From an uncultured Gammaproteobacteria bacterium (GTDB taxonomy: Bacteria; Patescibacteriota; Microgenomatia; UBA10105; UBA927): DNA of 64,000 bases. The stretch covers positions 513,319-577,318 of the forward strand of contig CAZVTT010000001.1 in assembly GCA_964629685.1 (NCBI GenBank), given 5' to 3'. Every line of letters starts with the position of its first letter. Position 1 is the stretch's first letter. Below are positions 39,398 through 48,938 of this stretch, in pieces. The notes beneath the pieces were generated by a model. The model had not been told where the DNA came from. It saw only the letters and a list, made by a program, of their open reading frames with translations, and ran no database searches. The translations under genes were made by a program, and so were the position numbers.

Positions 39398-39835
39398 TTG
39401 CTGTATGATATTTGTTATACTTTCCGTATGTCTGGTGATTCTCTTTCTTCTATACGTGTTATAGCAATAATCGGCATTTCAGCTTCGCCAGACAGACCGA
39501 GTTTCCAAGTCGCGAGTTACTTGAGAAATAATAACTTTGAAATTATTCCTATAAACCCTGCGCTCTCAGAATGGGAAGGGGTACCGGCATATCCGGATCT
39601 CAAACACGTACCCCAAAATATAACCATAGATGTGGTGAATATTTTTCGTAAACGTGAACATATTCTGGTACATGTAAGAGAAGCTGCAGAACGTGATGAT
39701 GTTTCTTTAATCTGGTTACCGGAGGGAATTATTGTGCCGGAAGCGGAACAGATTGCAGCGCGGTATGGAAAACAGTTGGTCATGAATGCCTGCATGATGA
39801 AACAGCATAGTGTTGGAGAAAACCCTGTGTTATAG
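39398..39835 (+). CDS. CoA-binding domain protein (YccU/COG1832-like)
   Basis: VIAIIGISASPDRPSFQVASYL Rossmann CoA-binding pattern; possible alternative start at MSGDS. Confidence 0.6.
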   Translation: MLYDICYTFRMSGDSLSSIRVIAIIGISASPDRPSFQVASYLRNNNFEIIPINPALSEWEGVPAYPDLKHVPQNITIDVVNIFRKREHILVHVREAAERDDVSLIWLPEGIIVPEAEQIAARYGKQLVMNACMMKQHSVGENPVL

Positions 39836-39877
39836 CTTCTGCTATAGAATTTACTGTAAATTGCGTACAATTACTGT

Positions 39878-40315
39878 ATGAAATATTTAAAACGGTATGG
39901 TGGTTTATATGCTGTAACCCTGACTTTATTTTTGGTGATTGATTTAATATGGTTAGGTGTAATTACTCCGGCGTTTTATTTTAAGCAATTGGGTTATATT
40001 ATGCGTACGGATGTGTACTGGGCGCCAGCGTTTTTTTTGTATTTGTTGTTAGTTATCGGTTTATTAATTTTCGCAGTCGTGCCGGCACTCCGCAGAAGAT
40101 CTCTGTCGTCAGCTATGATCTACGGTGGTTTATTTGGGTTTTTTAGTTATGCTACGTATGACTTGACGAATTATGCTACTATTACCGGCTGGCCATTTGT
40201 GGTAACGGTAGTTGACATTATTTGGGGAACCGTACTTTGCGGCAGTATCTCAGCGTTTAGTTTCTTAGTCGGTAATCGGGTGTTTAAATTATCGTACCCT
40301 TCTCATACTGTCTGA
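39878..40315 (+). CDS. Small polytopic membrane protein (DUF2177-like)
   Basis: 145 aa; 4 TM; VIDLIWLGV motif. Confidence 0.4.
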   Translation: MKYLKRYGGLYAVTLTLFLVIDLIWLGVITPAFYFKQLGYIMRTDVYWAPAFFLYLLLVIGLLIFAVVPALRRRSLSSAMIYGGLFGFFSYATYDLTNYATITGWPFVVTVVDIIWGTVLCGSISAFSFLVGNRVFKLSYPSHTV

Positions 40316-40333
40316 AGTCCGCACGATTGTGTT

Positions 40334-41212
40334 ATGAAAGATATGCATTTAGCTCGGGTTGTGTATATTACCGGTTGTTCATCCGGTTTCGGTTATGGAA
40401 TGGCTCTTACGTTCGCCAGGAACGGTGACATCGTTATCGCCGGAGTTCGTAATCCCAAAAAGCCTGAAGTACAAAAACTTAAGCAGATAGCGGAAACGGA
40501 AAAATTAGCACTTCAAATATATACGTTAGATGTAACGAAGCCGGAACAGATTAAACAGGTAACGAAAGCAGTTACTGATGAGCATAACAGGATAGACATA
40601 TTGATAAATAATGCCGGCTATGGATATCTTGGTCCTGTAGAAGATTGTGCCATTGAAGATGTTATGGATATTCATAACACGAATGTTCTGGGAGTTCTTC
40701 GGATGACCCAAGCTGTAATTCCAATTATGAGAGCACAAAAAACTGGTTTGATCATAAATTTCAGTTCCGTTAGCGGTGTTGTTCCGTTCCCGTTGTTTAG
40801 TATTTATTCATCAACGAAATACGCTATAGAAACAATCACAGAAGGGTTGCGGTTTGAACTGGCACATTTTGGCATTGATGTCGTTTTAGTAGAGCCGGGA
40901 TCCTTTGCTACAGGATTTACCGAGAATAGGAAGTTTCCCAAGCGGATGCAACGAGCTGACTCTCCGTATAGACCGTTGTTAAACAATTTTTTGTCACGGT
41001 ATAAGCAGACACATAGTGTTAGCAGACCAAAATTTATTTCTAAAGTAGCGAATCCCCAGATAGTGGTAGATAGGGTATATAAGATATCTTTGGAAAAGAA
41101 ACCCGGCTTACGTCATCTGATCGGGAGCGATGCGTGGCTATATTTTATTATCCGTAAACTGGTTCCATTTCCGCTCTGGGAAAAACTTCTCTCGTATACG
41201 TATAAGTGGTAA
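40334..41212 (+). CDS. SDR-family oxidoreductase
   Basis: TGCSSGFG cofactor motif, NNAG, and S...YxxxK catalytic triad (YSSTK). Confidence 0.8.
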   Translation: MKDMHLARVVYITGCSSGFGYGMALTFARNGDIVIAGVRNPKKPEVQKLKQIAETEKLALQIYTLDVTKPEQIKQVTKAVTDEHNRIDILINNAGYGYLGPVEDCAIEDVMDIHNTNVLGVLRMTQAVIPIMRAQKTGLIINFSSVSGVVPFPLFSIYSSTKYAIETITEGLRFELAHFGIDVVLVEPGSFATGFTENRKFPKRMQRADSPYRPLLNNFLSRYKQTHSVSRPKFISKVANPQIVVDRVYKISLEKKPGLRHLIGSDAWLYFIIRKLVPFPLWEKLLSYTYKW

Positions 41213-41214
41213 CG

Positions 41215-41604
41215 TTATCGCAGGAAGTCAAGGAAAAACCCAAGTAATAACGCCAGCGCGGAAATAACGAAAATGAAGATATAGTTCCATTTTTCCTTTG
41301 TGGATTTTAGCGTGTTTAAAATATAATCGAGTGCCTCACGGTCGTCTGCAGGTAATCCTTCAAGTTTTTGAATTTTTTCGGAAAGGTTAAGATCCCGAAT
41401 GAGTTTGGCTCTCTTTTCGGATATCTCATACCGATGAAGGAAATAGAGTATGAACCCGACGGTTCCAATGTACCAGGATGCTTTTGCAAGTGTAGGGCTA
41501 TAGTCATTTAGTACGACAATGATCCGATAACAAAATGTGGCTACAATACCGGTCCAGAAAAAAAACTCACGGACTGCTTTTGAATGTAATTTTGGTTTCT
41601 CCAT
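41215..41604 (-). CDS. Small two-TM membrane protein (hypothetical)
   Basis: 129 aa; ORF abuts the SDR gene end. Confidence 0.35.
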   Translation of the reverse strand: MEKPKLHSKAVREFFFWTGIVATFCYRIIVVLNDYSPTLAKASWYIGTVGFILYFLHRYEISEKRAKLIRDLNLSEKIQKLEGLPADDREALDYILNTLKSTKEKWNYIFIFVISALALLLGFFLDFLR

Positions 41605-41640
41605 ATAGGATATTGTACACGATCAATTTACCGCTGAGTA

Positions 41641-42093
41641 TTACGACATGAAGCGGACTATAAGTAGTCCTATAATTACTACCGCTATTTGAGGTATTAT
41701 TCCTAAAAGAGAAGCGGTTTCCCTCTGAATCCGGCAGTGCCAATTCCAATAGGTTCGGTATATTTTAGTACTTTCTATTTTTGCAAAATGGAACTGATTA
41801 ACGATGACGTCTGAGTCCGGTAATATTCCGGCAAATGCACCGACAAAAATATTTGGTGTAAGTTGTGGATGTCTGGCAGTAATGTAATATAAGCAGAATC
41901 CGGTAACAATAACATCTATAACAGTTCGGACAATCGTAAACGAATTCGCATTATATGGTGGTAACGTTTCCTGCCAGTGTGGAATTGTATCAAGAACATA
42001 GTGACTGGCAACTGCTAACGGGATAGAAAAAACGGGATTAGGGAGTAGAACAGCAATGGTCGCTCCGGTGACTGCGTGTGGAGTAATAACCAT
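41641..42093 (-). CDS. Membrane protein, possibly a YdjM/DUF457-like metal-dependent hydrolase
   Basis: 150 aa polytopic; His/Asp-containing motif SHYVLDTIPH. Confidence 0.3.
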   Translation of the reverse strand: MVITPHAVTGATIAVLLPNPVFSIPLAVASHYVLDTIPHWQETLPPYNANSFTIVRTVIDVIVTGFCLYYITARHPQLTPNIFVGAFAGILPDSDVIVNQFHFAKIESTKIYRTYWNWHCRIQRETASLLGIIPQIAVVIIGLLIVRFMS

Positions 42094-42204
42094 ACGTGCA
42101 TAGTATCATATTCCCGTTAAATTCGGGGAGTCTATAGGGTTGTCTTCAAGAACGACTAGGGGTAATATATGGACGGTTGACCGGCAAAATAATCAAGTTA
42201 GTCT

Positions 42205-43569
42205 ATGGCCATGCATGAATATACCAGCGAATCTTCGGATACAGGAAATCAGGTTGAAAGAATCCTGAGTCCAGATAAGTATCCCTCGTTACTTCATTTT
42301 CATATATATCAGCCGCCAAGAATATTACGGTTAGACAGTGACACCGGTTCGCAGGAAATTTTTAATATTTCCGGAATGGATAGAGTCGAGGGTGGATATA
42401 ATCATGCAATAACGGGACAAAGCTATCGAAATCTGATTGAACATGGGATTCTGACCGATCCGTTAGTGAGTTGGAATTTGTACGGAGTAACGGCGGACTG
42501 GATGAATGAATTTGAGCCTGATTTATTAAGAAAACTTCAAGAACGGCCGGAGACTGCACTTAAACCCGTCGGAGATACCTACTTACATGTGATTATGCCG
42601 TTTTTTTCTGACGACCATAAACGCATGTTATTCCGGATGGGTAACCTTGTGTATAAAGAACACTGGGGGACTAGTCCGGATGTCCTTTGGTTACCGGAAT
42701 CCGCTGTCGATACAGCGACACTTACCGCAATGGCGGCAGAAGGAATACCGGGAGTTTTATTGCGAAATCACCAGATTCACGCAGATGTGGGAGCCTCTGC
42801 GTACCAGGTGGAAACAGGTAAAGGCCGAATAACGGTATTTCCCAATGACGGTGATTTAGGCAGAACGCTTGCATATGACCATCCATGGGCAGATGTTTTT
42901 ACCGATACGTGGTCTGAGGTAGCTGCCACAAGGGGACATATGATACGAGTGGCAGTAGACGGGGAAACGATCGGTTGGCACTGGAAAGAGGCGGATGGTG
43001 CATTATTATTTGCTGATTGGTTGGTTACGTACCTTAAAGATGGTCACAATGGACATAAAATTCCGTTACCGGAAGCGGGAGAAATTCCACAAGCCACAGT
43101 CGTCGAGAATTCCAGTTGGAGTTGTCTTGATGACGGAGTGGGACGTTGGCAAGGTTCCGATAGCTGCAGTTGTGATCTTCCCGGAGATCGTTTAGCGGCA
43201 GATATTGTCAGGCATTCCAAACGGGATTTATATACCAAAATGCAACGCGCGAGTGCGCGTATTGAAAATCAAATAGATTCGCTTTACCAGGGTGCCGGTG
43301 ATGGAACCGGATTATCTTTGGGAAGAGTGGCATACATGAACTGGTTTTTATCACAGCGTCGCTTTTTAGCCAGAGGTGAACCGGTTTCTTTTGCAGGTCT
43401 TCCCGCTGATCAACAGTCACTATTCAGACTTACCATGCTTCGTGATATCGGTTCAACCAGTTGCGGGTGGTTTTTTGGTGATGTAGAAGGTTACGAGAGA
43501 CAGATACCTGCCAATTGTTTAACGGCTATCGCTGAATTTACCGGGTGGGAAGATGTTAGACCGACATAA
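42205..43569 (+). CDS. Glycoside hydrolase family 57-like protein
   Basis: N-terminal LLHFHIYQPPR (GH57 HxHQP-type) and WLPESAVD (nucleophile-region-like). Confidence 0.4.
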   Translation: MAMHEYTSESSDTGNQVERILSPDKYPSLLHFHIYQPPRILRLDSDTGSQEIFNISGMDRVEGGYNHAITGQSYRNLIEHGILTDPLVSWNLYGVTADWMNEFEPDLLRKLQERPETALKPVGDTYLHVIMPFFSDDHKRMLFRMGNLVYKEHWGTSPDVLWLPESAVDTATLTAMAAEGIPGVLLRNHQIHADVGASAYQVETGKGRITVFPNDGDLGRTLAYDHPWADVFTDTWSEVAATRGHMIRVAVDGETIGWHWKEADGALLFADWLVTYLKDGHNGHKIPLPEAGEIPQATVVENSSWSCLDDGVGRWQGSDSCSCDLPGDRLAADIVRHSKRDLYTKMQRASARIENQIDSLYQGAGDGTGLSLGRVAYMNWFLSQRRFLARGEPVSFAGLPADQQSLFRLTMLRDIGSTSCGWFFGDVEGYERQIPANCLTAIAEFTGWEDVRPT

Positions 43570-43575
43570 TTTCCG

Positions 43576-45015
43576 TTATCTGACGCGGATAAAAATCGTG
43601 GCAACGTTATCCTCATATATCGTTAACCAACGTCCAAGCCTTTCAAGATCCAATAACCGGTTATATATGGGTAACGTTTGAGGAATAAAAACCGTATTAT
43701 ACGGTGACGCATCAATATCGATACTCTGTGTCATATATGCTGAGTAGCGTGAGTAGGGACTTTCTCCAGTTTCATCTTCCCATAGCGGCATGCGGCCGTC
43801 GATGCTGGGAGGAATGTGTGGATAGTTCCATATAAGCCATCCCCCCCAGTCATAATACGTCAGAATTGGTAGTTCCCACTGGTGAGTACTAAGAAATTGA
43901 GCTGCTTGAGTAGGACATCCTAACGTGGTGCAGTATGTATTCCACGACATGGTTTTAAGTTCAGTAATGCGGTTTATCCCAAGTCCAATAATCGCGAATA
44001 AAATAAAACATTGGAGGAGTAATTTGAACTTATTTGTATTGATTTTTGTACTGGGAATTGATCTAGGTAGAATTTCGGAAAGGATGAGAAAACTGAAACA
44101 GTAAAACATAATACCATACCTACGCTGTAAGATACTTAATCCGAGAAATAGTAGTGCTATAACCATCCATACCCAGTACTGTTTTGTTTTGCGTTTATAT
44201 ACAAGGAAGAGTATTCCGATAATCGTGAAGAAGGCCATACCCATCAGTTGCCACCAATAGAGTGAAAATGTATCCAACGGTACCCATTCGCCAATATTCG
44301 ACATAATAGGATTGCCGATATATTTTCGGAATTCCAGGAAAATGGTATAGCCGAATGGATTAAACACGCATGCGGCAAAAGCGGAAAATACGAGGATGCT
44401 ATACCGAGTGATATGTTTTTTGAACGAATTCGTGTGCAAAAATAATTGACTAATTGTCCATACGGAAAGCACAATAAGTCCGATGATTACCTGGCCATGA
44501 ATATTGGCCCACAGCATGAAAAGCAGCGGGATGATTACGAGTATCTTTTGATTTTTTTCTCCAAGACGTAATACCCGACTGAGTACACCAAGAAAGGCAA
44601 GGCTAATTAATTGTCCGCGGAAAGATACCAACCAGTAAGGTTGTGATACATATACGAAGATTGGATAAATAAGAAATTGTTGCAGTGCGTTAAGCCCTGC
44701 GGCCTTAGAAAATAGAAGTAAAGCAATCAGGCTCAATCCCGCACCACCCAAAGATAAAGCCTGAAATCCTCCAATCCGGTAAAGTGCGTACGAGAGTATG
44801 TCGGTACCTGTGGTTGAATTTATCCAACGGTATGCGGGTAGAGTTGTGGAAAATATGTTAGTACGGAGTACTTGCTGATGTTGCCAAGCATATTCGCCGT
44901 ACTTTAAATGCCAACCAAGATCCAGGTCAGCAGGGTGGGAAATAAAAAGCACGAACGTCAGCAGATAGAGGAGTAGTAACGAAAGGTTTGACTTAGCATT
45001 CGGAAAGTACTTCAT
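43576..45015 (-). CDS. Polytopic GT-C-like membrane protein, paralog A
   Basis: 479 aa, more than 10 TM; conserved DLDLGWHLKYGEY in loop 1 and C-terminal PSIDGRMPLW...SPYNTVFIP shared with the gene at 46056-47522. Confidence 0.45.
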   Translation of the reverse strand: MKYFPNAKSNLSLLLLYLLTFVLFISHPADLDLGWHLKYGEYAWQHQQVLRTNIFSTTLPAYRWINSTTGTDILSYALYRIGGFQALSLGGAGLSLIALLLFSKAAGLNALQQFLIYPIFVYVSQPYWLVSFRGQLISLAFLGVLSRVLRLGEKNQKILVIIPLLFMLWANIHGQVIIGLIVLSVWTISQLFLHTNSFKKHITRYSILVFSAFAACVFNPFGYTIFLEFRKYIGNPIMSNIGEWVPLDTFSLYWWQLMGMAFFTIIGILFLVYKRKTKQYWVWMVIALLFLGLSILQRRYGIMFYCFSFLILSEILPRSIPSTKINTNKFKLLLQCFILFAIIGLGINRITELKTMSWNTYCTTLGCPTQAAQFLSTHQWELPILTYYDWGGWLIWNYPHIPPSIDGRMPLWEDETGESPYSRYSAYMTQSIDIDASPYNTVFIPQTLPIYNRLLDLERLGRWLTIYEDNVATIFIRVR

Positions 45016-46007
45016 GTCTGCATAAGAATATTCCCGGGGATGGTATGGTTTATCTTTTTCAGTTTTGCGACAAAAAATCCTTCCATGGTATCACTCGGGA
45101 TTATGCGAAGTGTTCGAGCAATTTCCGGCAGGTATGTCCTATTGTGCCAGGATAAGATCGCGGGATATTTCGTGAGGTGTGGTATGTCTATGGCTTCAAG
45201 TTGTATGGCAGCACCTTCTTTACGAAGTAACCAGTCTATTACTCCTTCGTTCTCTTCCGGCGCCAGCGTGCAGGTAGAATATACAATCGTACCACCAACT
45301 TTGGTCGCGCTTACTGCTGACCGTAAAAGAAATCTCTGGCGTTCCGCCAGTTCTTTGATTTTTTTAGGTGTCCAATGCAGGTAGGATTTTGGGTCATCTA
45401 TTTGGAATCGTCCTTCCATACTACACGGGACATCTACTAACGTTTTATCAAAATATTCAGGGTATTCCTGCCAGAATATTTGTCCCTGACGGTTGGTTAC
45501 AACCGTATTTGTGGTGCCCTGTACTTCCAGGTTGGCTTTAAGTTTAAATATTCTAATATGACTATTATCATTGGCAACAATTCTTCCGGTATTCTGCATC
45601 ATGGCAGCCATTTGCGTCGTCTTGCTGCCGGGCGCCGCAGTAAGATCCAGTACGGTTTCATTTGGTTGGGGTGCTAGTACCAGCGGTGGGATCATACTCG
45701 ATAAACTTTGAACATAAAATAGACCTGCAGCATACTCCGGTAAATCGGTGAGCGTACGCAAAGAAGTTTCAGGAACAATAAACGCATTATCCCACCAGGA
45801 AATAGGTAATAACGGTATACCGTAGCCGGTGAATTTTTCCTGTAAAGCTGTAACGGTTATTTTTGTGGTATTTACCCGTAAGGTAGTGGGACGTTTACGC
45901 GAAAATGCTTGCAGTATTGCCGTAACGGTTTCTGAGGGGAATAGTTCCTGCAGTCGTGCTATAAATGGCTCCGGTATGCCGCCGCCCTGATGCTTCTTCA
46001 TGGCCAC
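45012..46007 (-). CDS. NOL1/NOP2/Sun-family RNA cytosine-C5 methyltransferase (RsmB/RsmF-like, no NusB domain)
   Basis: LDLTAAPGSKT (motif I), DVPCS (motif IV), TCT (motif VI) catalytic cysteines. Confidence 0.8.
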   Translation of the reverse strand: MAMKKHQGGGIPEPFIARLQELFPSETVTAILQAFSRKRPTTLRVNTTKITVTALQEKFTGYGIPLLPISWWDNAFIVPETSLRTLTDLPEYAAGLFYVQSLSSMIPPLVLAPQPNETVLDLTAAPGSKTTQMAAMMQNTGRIVANDNSHIRIFKLKANLEVQGTTNTVVTNRQGQIFWQEYPEYFDKTLVDVPCSMEGRFQIDDPKSYLHWTPKKIKELAERQRFLLRSAVSATKVGGTIVYSTCTLAPEENEGVIDWLLRKEGAAIQLEAIDIPHLTKYPAILSWHNRTYLPEIARTLRIIPSDTMEGFFVAKLKKINHTIPGNILMQT

Positions 46008-46055
46008 ACTATATCAGATTTTTCAGGTTTGATCATATTTCGGAATACTTGGTTG

Positions 46056-47522
46056 CTACTTCGTACGTGCAAAAATACTGGCATTGGCATCTTCGTATAT
46101 CAGTTTCCATGTGCCTTCACGTACTAATTCCTGCAGGCGGTTATATATTGGTTTATATGTTGGTGTCAGTACGGTGTTATATGGGGATTTATCCACGTCT
46201 GTTATATTTTGTTCCCATGAATAATATTCCGAAAACGCACTATACCCGTCAGGAGATCGCCAAAGTGACATCCGGCCATCTATGCTGGGTTTTATTGCCG
46301 GATATCGCCAGATCAGCCATCCGCCCCAATTATAGATGGTCAATAGTGGCGCCTGCCAGCGATGTTCTAATAGAAATACTGCCGCCGGTTCGGAACAACC
46401 GATAACTTTGCAGTAAGTTATCCAGTTCATTGTTCCTGCCTGTATAGTATTTGCTGATGAGAATAATCCGAAACCCAGCAATAGAAGACATATAGCAATG
46501 ATAACCCTGTGTTCTATGTGGCTACGTATGAACGTAATATTTTGTGGTACGACTGTTATGAGAAGAGGTAGCGTCATAAAGTAATACATCCAGGCATATC
46601 TGCGTTGTGCCAGAGCAAAACCCAACAGCAGAAATGCAATTATTACCCAGGGTAACTGTGTGAGCATTTTATTTTTGCGTAATACCCGAAATGCAGCGAA
46701 TATAAGAAACAGACTCGAAATTACGAGATACTTCCAGTCTATAGACAGAAATGGGTACGGGGTCCATTCCGCGATGGCATGTATATTCTGATTTCCGATA
46801 TAGAGAAGTGGTTCGAGTATAGTGCCGGCACCATAGGGGTTAACTAAACTGAGGAGCCAGGAGAGTAAGTAGGATAAAAATAGAGTTAACAGTACGGTAT
46901 TCTTGTTCTTCGGATTTTCGGTTAAGACTGTCAGTATCCGGAATACTAGCCAAATTGTGAAAACAGCAAAGCCGATGATTATCTGACCATGAACGTTCGC
47001 CCAAATCCAGAAAATAAGTGGACATATAGTTACTGTTTTATATTTTTGTTCTGCCCGAAGGAGTATCCATGTTAATATTGCCAAAAATCCCAAACTCAGT
47101 AATTGTCCGCGGAACGAAATAACGGTATATGGACGGGTAACGATTATGAGTAAAGGAAAGAGTACGATTCTTTGCAACGCAGACATATGTACTGCTTTTG
47201 CAAAGAAATAATATATAAAGGTGTTTACCAGTGCACCTGCCAGTGCCAGACCGAAAAATCCTCCAGATTGATATACCAAATAAGTAAATAAATCAGTTCC
47301 GGACGTAGCGTTTACCCAATGGTAACCCTCCATCATTGTGGAGAACGTGTTTATCCGGAGCACGTTTAAGTGCTGCGAAATATACTCACCGTATTTCAGA
47401 TGCCATCCCAGATCAAAGTCTATGGGGTGGTATATATGAACGAGAAATATAAACGTGAATAAACAGAGCGCCGCGAGATTCCGGTAGAAAAATTTAAGCA
47501 GTGTTTTTCCGACTCTGTTCAT
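46056..47522 (-). CDS. Polytopic GT-C-like membrane protein, paralog B (start placed at MNRVGKT)
   Basis: Shares DFDLGWHLKYGEY and KPSIDGRMSLW...SPYNTVLTP with paralog A; the track ORF extends 76 codons upstream with no support. Confidence 0.45.
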   Translation of the reverse strand: MNRVGKTLLKFFYRNLAALCLFTFIFLVHIYHPIDFDLGWHLKYGEYISQHLNVLRINTFSTMMEGYHWVNATSGTDLFTYLVYQSGGFFGLALAGALVNTFIYYFFAKAVHMSALQRIVLFPLLIIVTRPYTVISFRGQLLSLGFLAILTWILLRAEQKYKTVTICPLIFWIWANVHGQIIIGFAVFTIWLVFRILTVLTENPKNKNTVLLTLFLSYLLSWLLSLVNPYGAGTILEPLLYIGNQNIHAIAEWTPYPFLSIDWKYLVISSLFLIFAAFRVLRKNKMLTQLPWVIIAFLLLGFALAQRRYAWMYYFMTLPLLITVVPQNITFIRSHIEHRVIIAICLLLLGFGLFSSANTIQAGTMNWITYCKVIGCSEPAAVFLLEHRWQAPLLTIYNWGGWLIWRYPAIKPSIDGRMSLWRSPDGYSAFSEYYSWEQNITDVDKSPYNTVLTPTYKPIYNRLQELVREGTWKLIYEDANASIFARTK

Positions 47523-47582
47523 AAGTTCTGAACGTATAATAATGAAAAAAGCGTTCACTGATACAATACAATAAGAAACACT

Positions 47583-48521
47583 ATGGACAAAGTACCAACT
47601 ACAATAGTAAGCGGGTTTTTGGGAAGCGGAAAAACAACTATCATTTCCGGACTTATAGATGAGTTGCAAAAACGAAATGAGCAGGTGGTTTATATTAAAA
47701 ATGAGATTGGCGACGAAAATGTAGATGCCAAACTCATGGAAGGCAAACACATCGCAACGAAGCAGTTACTAAATGGTTGTATTTGTTGTACGTTGACCGG
47801 TCCGTTTATTTCGGCAATCGAAGAAGTACTTACGTCCTTACGTCCGGACAGAATAGTTATTGAAGCGTCCGGTGTAGCTGATCCGTCGGCCTTGGCCCTT
47901 ATGGTTTCTGCGCAGCCGGGTTTACATAGGGATGGAGTGTTAACCATAATTGATGTCGTACATTTTGAAGGGTATAAGGACTTGAGTTTTGCCGCCAGAG
48001 AACAAGCGAAGTTTACGGATTTAATTATTTTTAACAAAGTCGAACTTGCTGATACCGCACGCAAGGTTGCAGTCGTTGGATATGTACGGGAACTTAACGA
48101 TTTCGCACCAATCGTGGAAGCTCCCCAAGGAAAAATTGCCGCAAGCGTAGTCTTCGGTATTTCCAAAATGGAGCTTGATTCATTACTTTTAAAGAAGCAG
48201 CAACAGGAAGAGCAGGGTGAACCCCGACATCACCATCTAGAGGAGGATATGATCCAGACGGTGAAATTTGAAACGGACCTAATTATGGATCAGGAGAAAC
48301 TTTCGGAAATATTGGAAAATTTTCCGCTAAACGTATTTAGGGTTAAAGGGTATATTCGTACAGCAACAAATTCTTTACTGGTAAATCGGGTCGGAAAGCG
48401 CTTGGATTATTTACCCTATTCCGAATTACTTCATTCTTCCGTTCTTATTTGTATCGGTTTTAATATTTCGGAAAATAAAGATGAGTTATTCGAAAAGTTA
48501 GCCGGTAGTCTTAGTACATGA
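47583..48521 (+). CDS. COG0523 (CobW/ZigA/YeiR-type) G3E metallochaperone GTPase with His-rich segment
   Basis: GFLGSGKTT P-loop, CICCT (CxCC) metal motif, HHHLEED His stretch, CobW_C-like C-terminus. Confidence 0.75.
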   Translation: MDKVPTTIVSGFLGSGKTTIISGLIDELQKRNEQVVYIKNEIGDENVDAKLMEGKHIATKQLLNGCICCTLTGPFISAIEEVLTSLRPDRIVIEASGVADPSALALMVSAQPGLHRDGVLTIIDVVHFEGYKDLSFAAREQAKFTDLIIFNKVELADTARKVAVVGYVRELNDFAPIVEAPQGKIAASVVFGISKMELDSLLLKKQQQEEQGEPRHHHLEEDMIQTVKFETDLIMDQEKLSEILENFPLNVFRVKGYIRTATNSLLVNRVGKRLDYLPYSELLHSSVLICIGFNISENKDELFEKLAGSLST

Positions 48522-48582
48522 ACGCCAACAAACCCCGCTGTCGGGGCTTATTGGTGACAATTATCTTTACGTAAAAAACGTA

Positions 48583-48756
48583 TTAAGCTACTTTGTCGTA
48601 GTCAGCTTTTGATACAAACTTCGTCAATGGTCGACCATCGGAAGTTACTCCTCGGACGGCATAACGCACTTGACCTCGGTTTTTGTATTCTTTTCGTTCA
48701 GTAACTTCGGCCTCGACGGTTGTGCGGGTTTTGACATCATAAAATTTCATCTTCAT
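48583..48756 (-). CDS. Small basic protein (57 aa), hypothetical; absent from the ORF track
   Basis: Strong SD AAGGAGGTGA 5 nt upstream of the ATG; MKMKFYDVKTRTTVEAEVTERKEYKNRGQVRYAVRGVTSDGRPLTKFVSKADYDKVA; own sigma70-like promoter. Confidence 0.45.
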   Translation of the reverse strand: MKMKFYDVKTRTTVEAEVTERKEYKNRGQVRYAVRGVTSDGRPLTKFVSKADYDKVA

Positions 48757-48788
48757 ATTGTCTCACCTCCTTAGTGTGAAGCGAGACT

Positions 48789-48818
48789 ATAGTAGGGCAA
48801 TACGTTTGAGCGTGTCAA
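48789..48818 (-). promoter_or_regulatory. Sigma70-like promoter TTGACA-N18-TACTAT for the 57-aa gene
   Basis: Read on the minus strand: cTTGACAcgctcaaacgtattgcccTACTATag, about 30 nt upstream of the SD. Confidence 0.35.
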
Positions 48819-48938
48819 GCCTTGAAAGTTTTATTTTGCCGCGTTTTCAAAATCCAAATGAAGCATTTCCTGCTAGAGATTACGATTCGGAACGTAATAG
48901 CGGTCCAAGTTAGAATGGATAAATTAGGTTAGTCTGCT

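Noticed and set aside
47523-47750. 76-codon N-terminal extension of the GT-C paralog B ORF
   Set aside because: The extension has no counterpart in paralog A and would overlap the divergent COG0523 gene start. The internal Met at 47522 restores paralog-like length and a 60-bp divergent promoter region.
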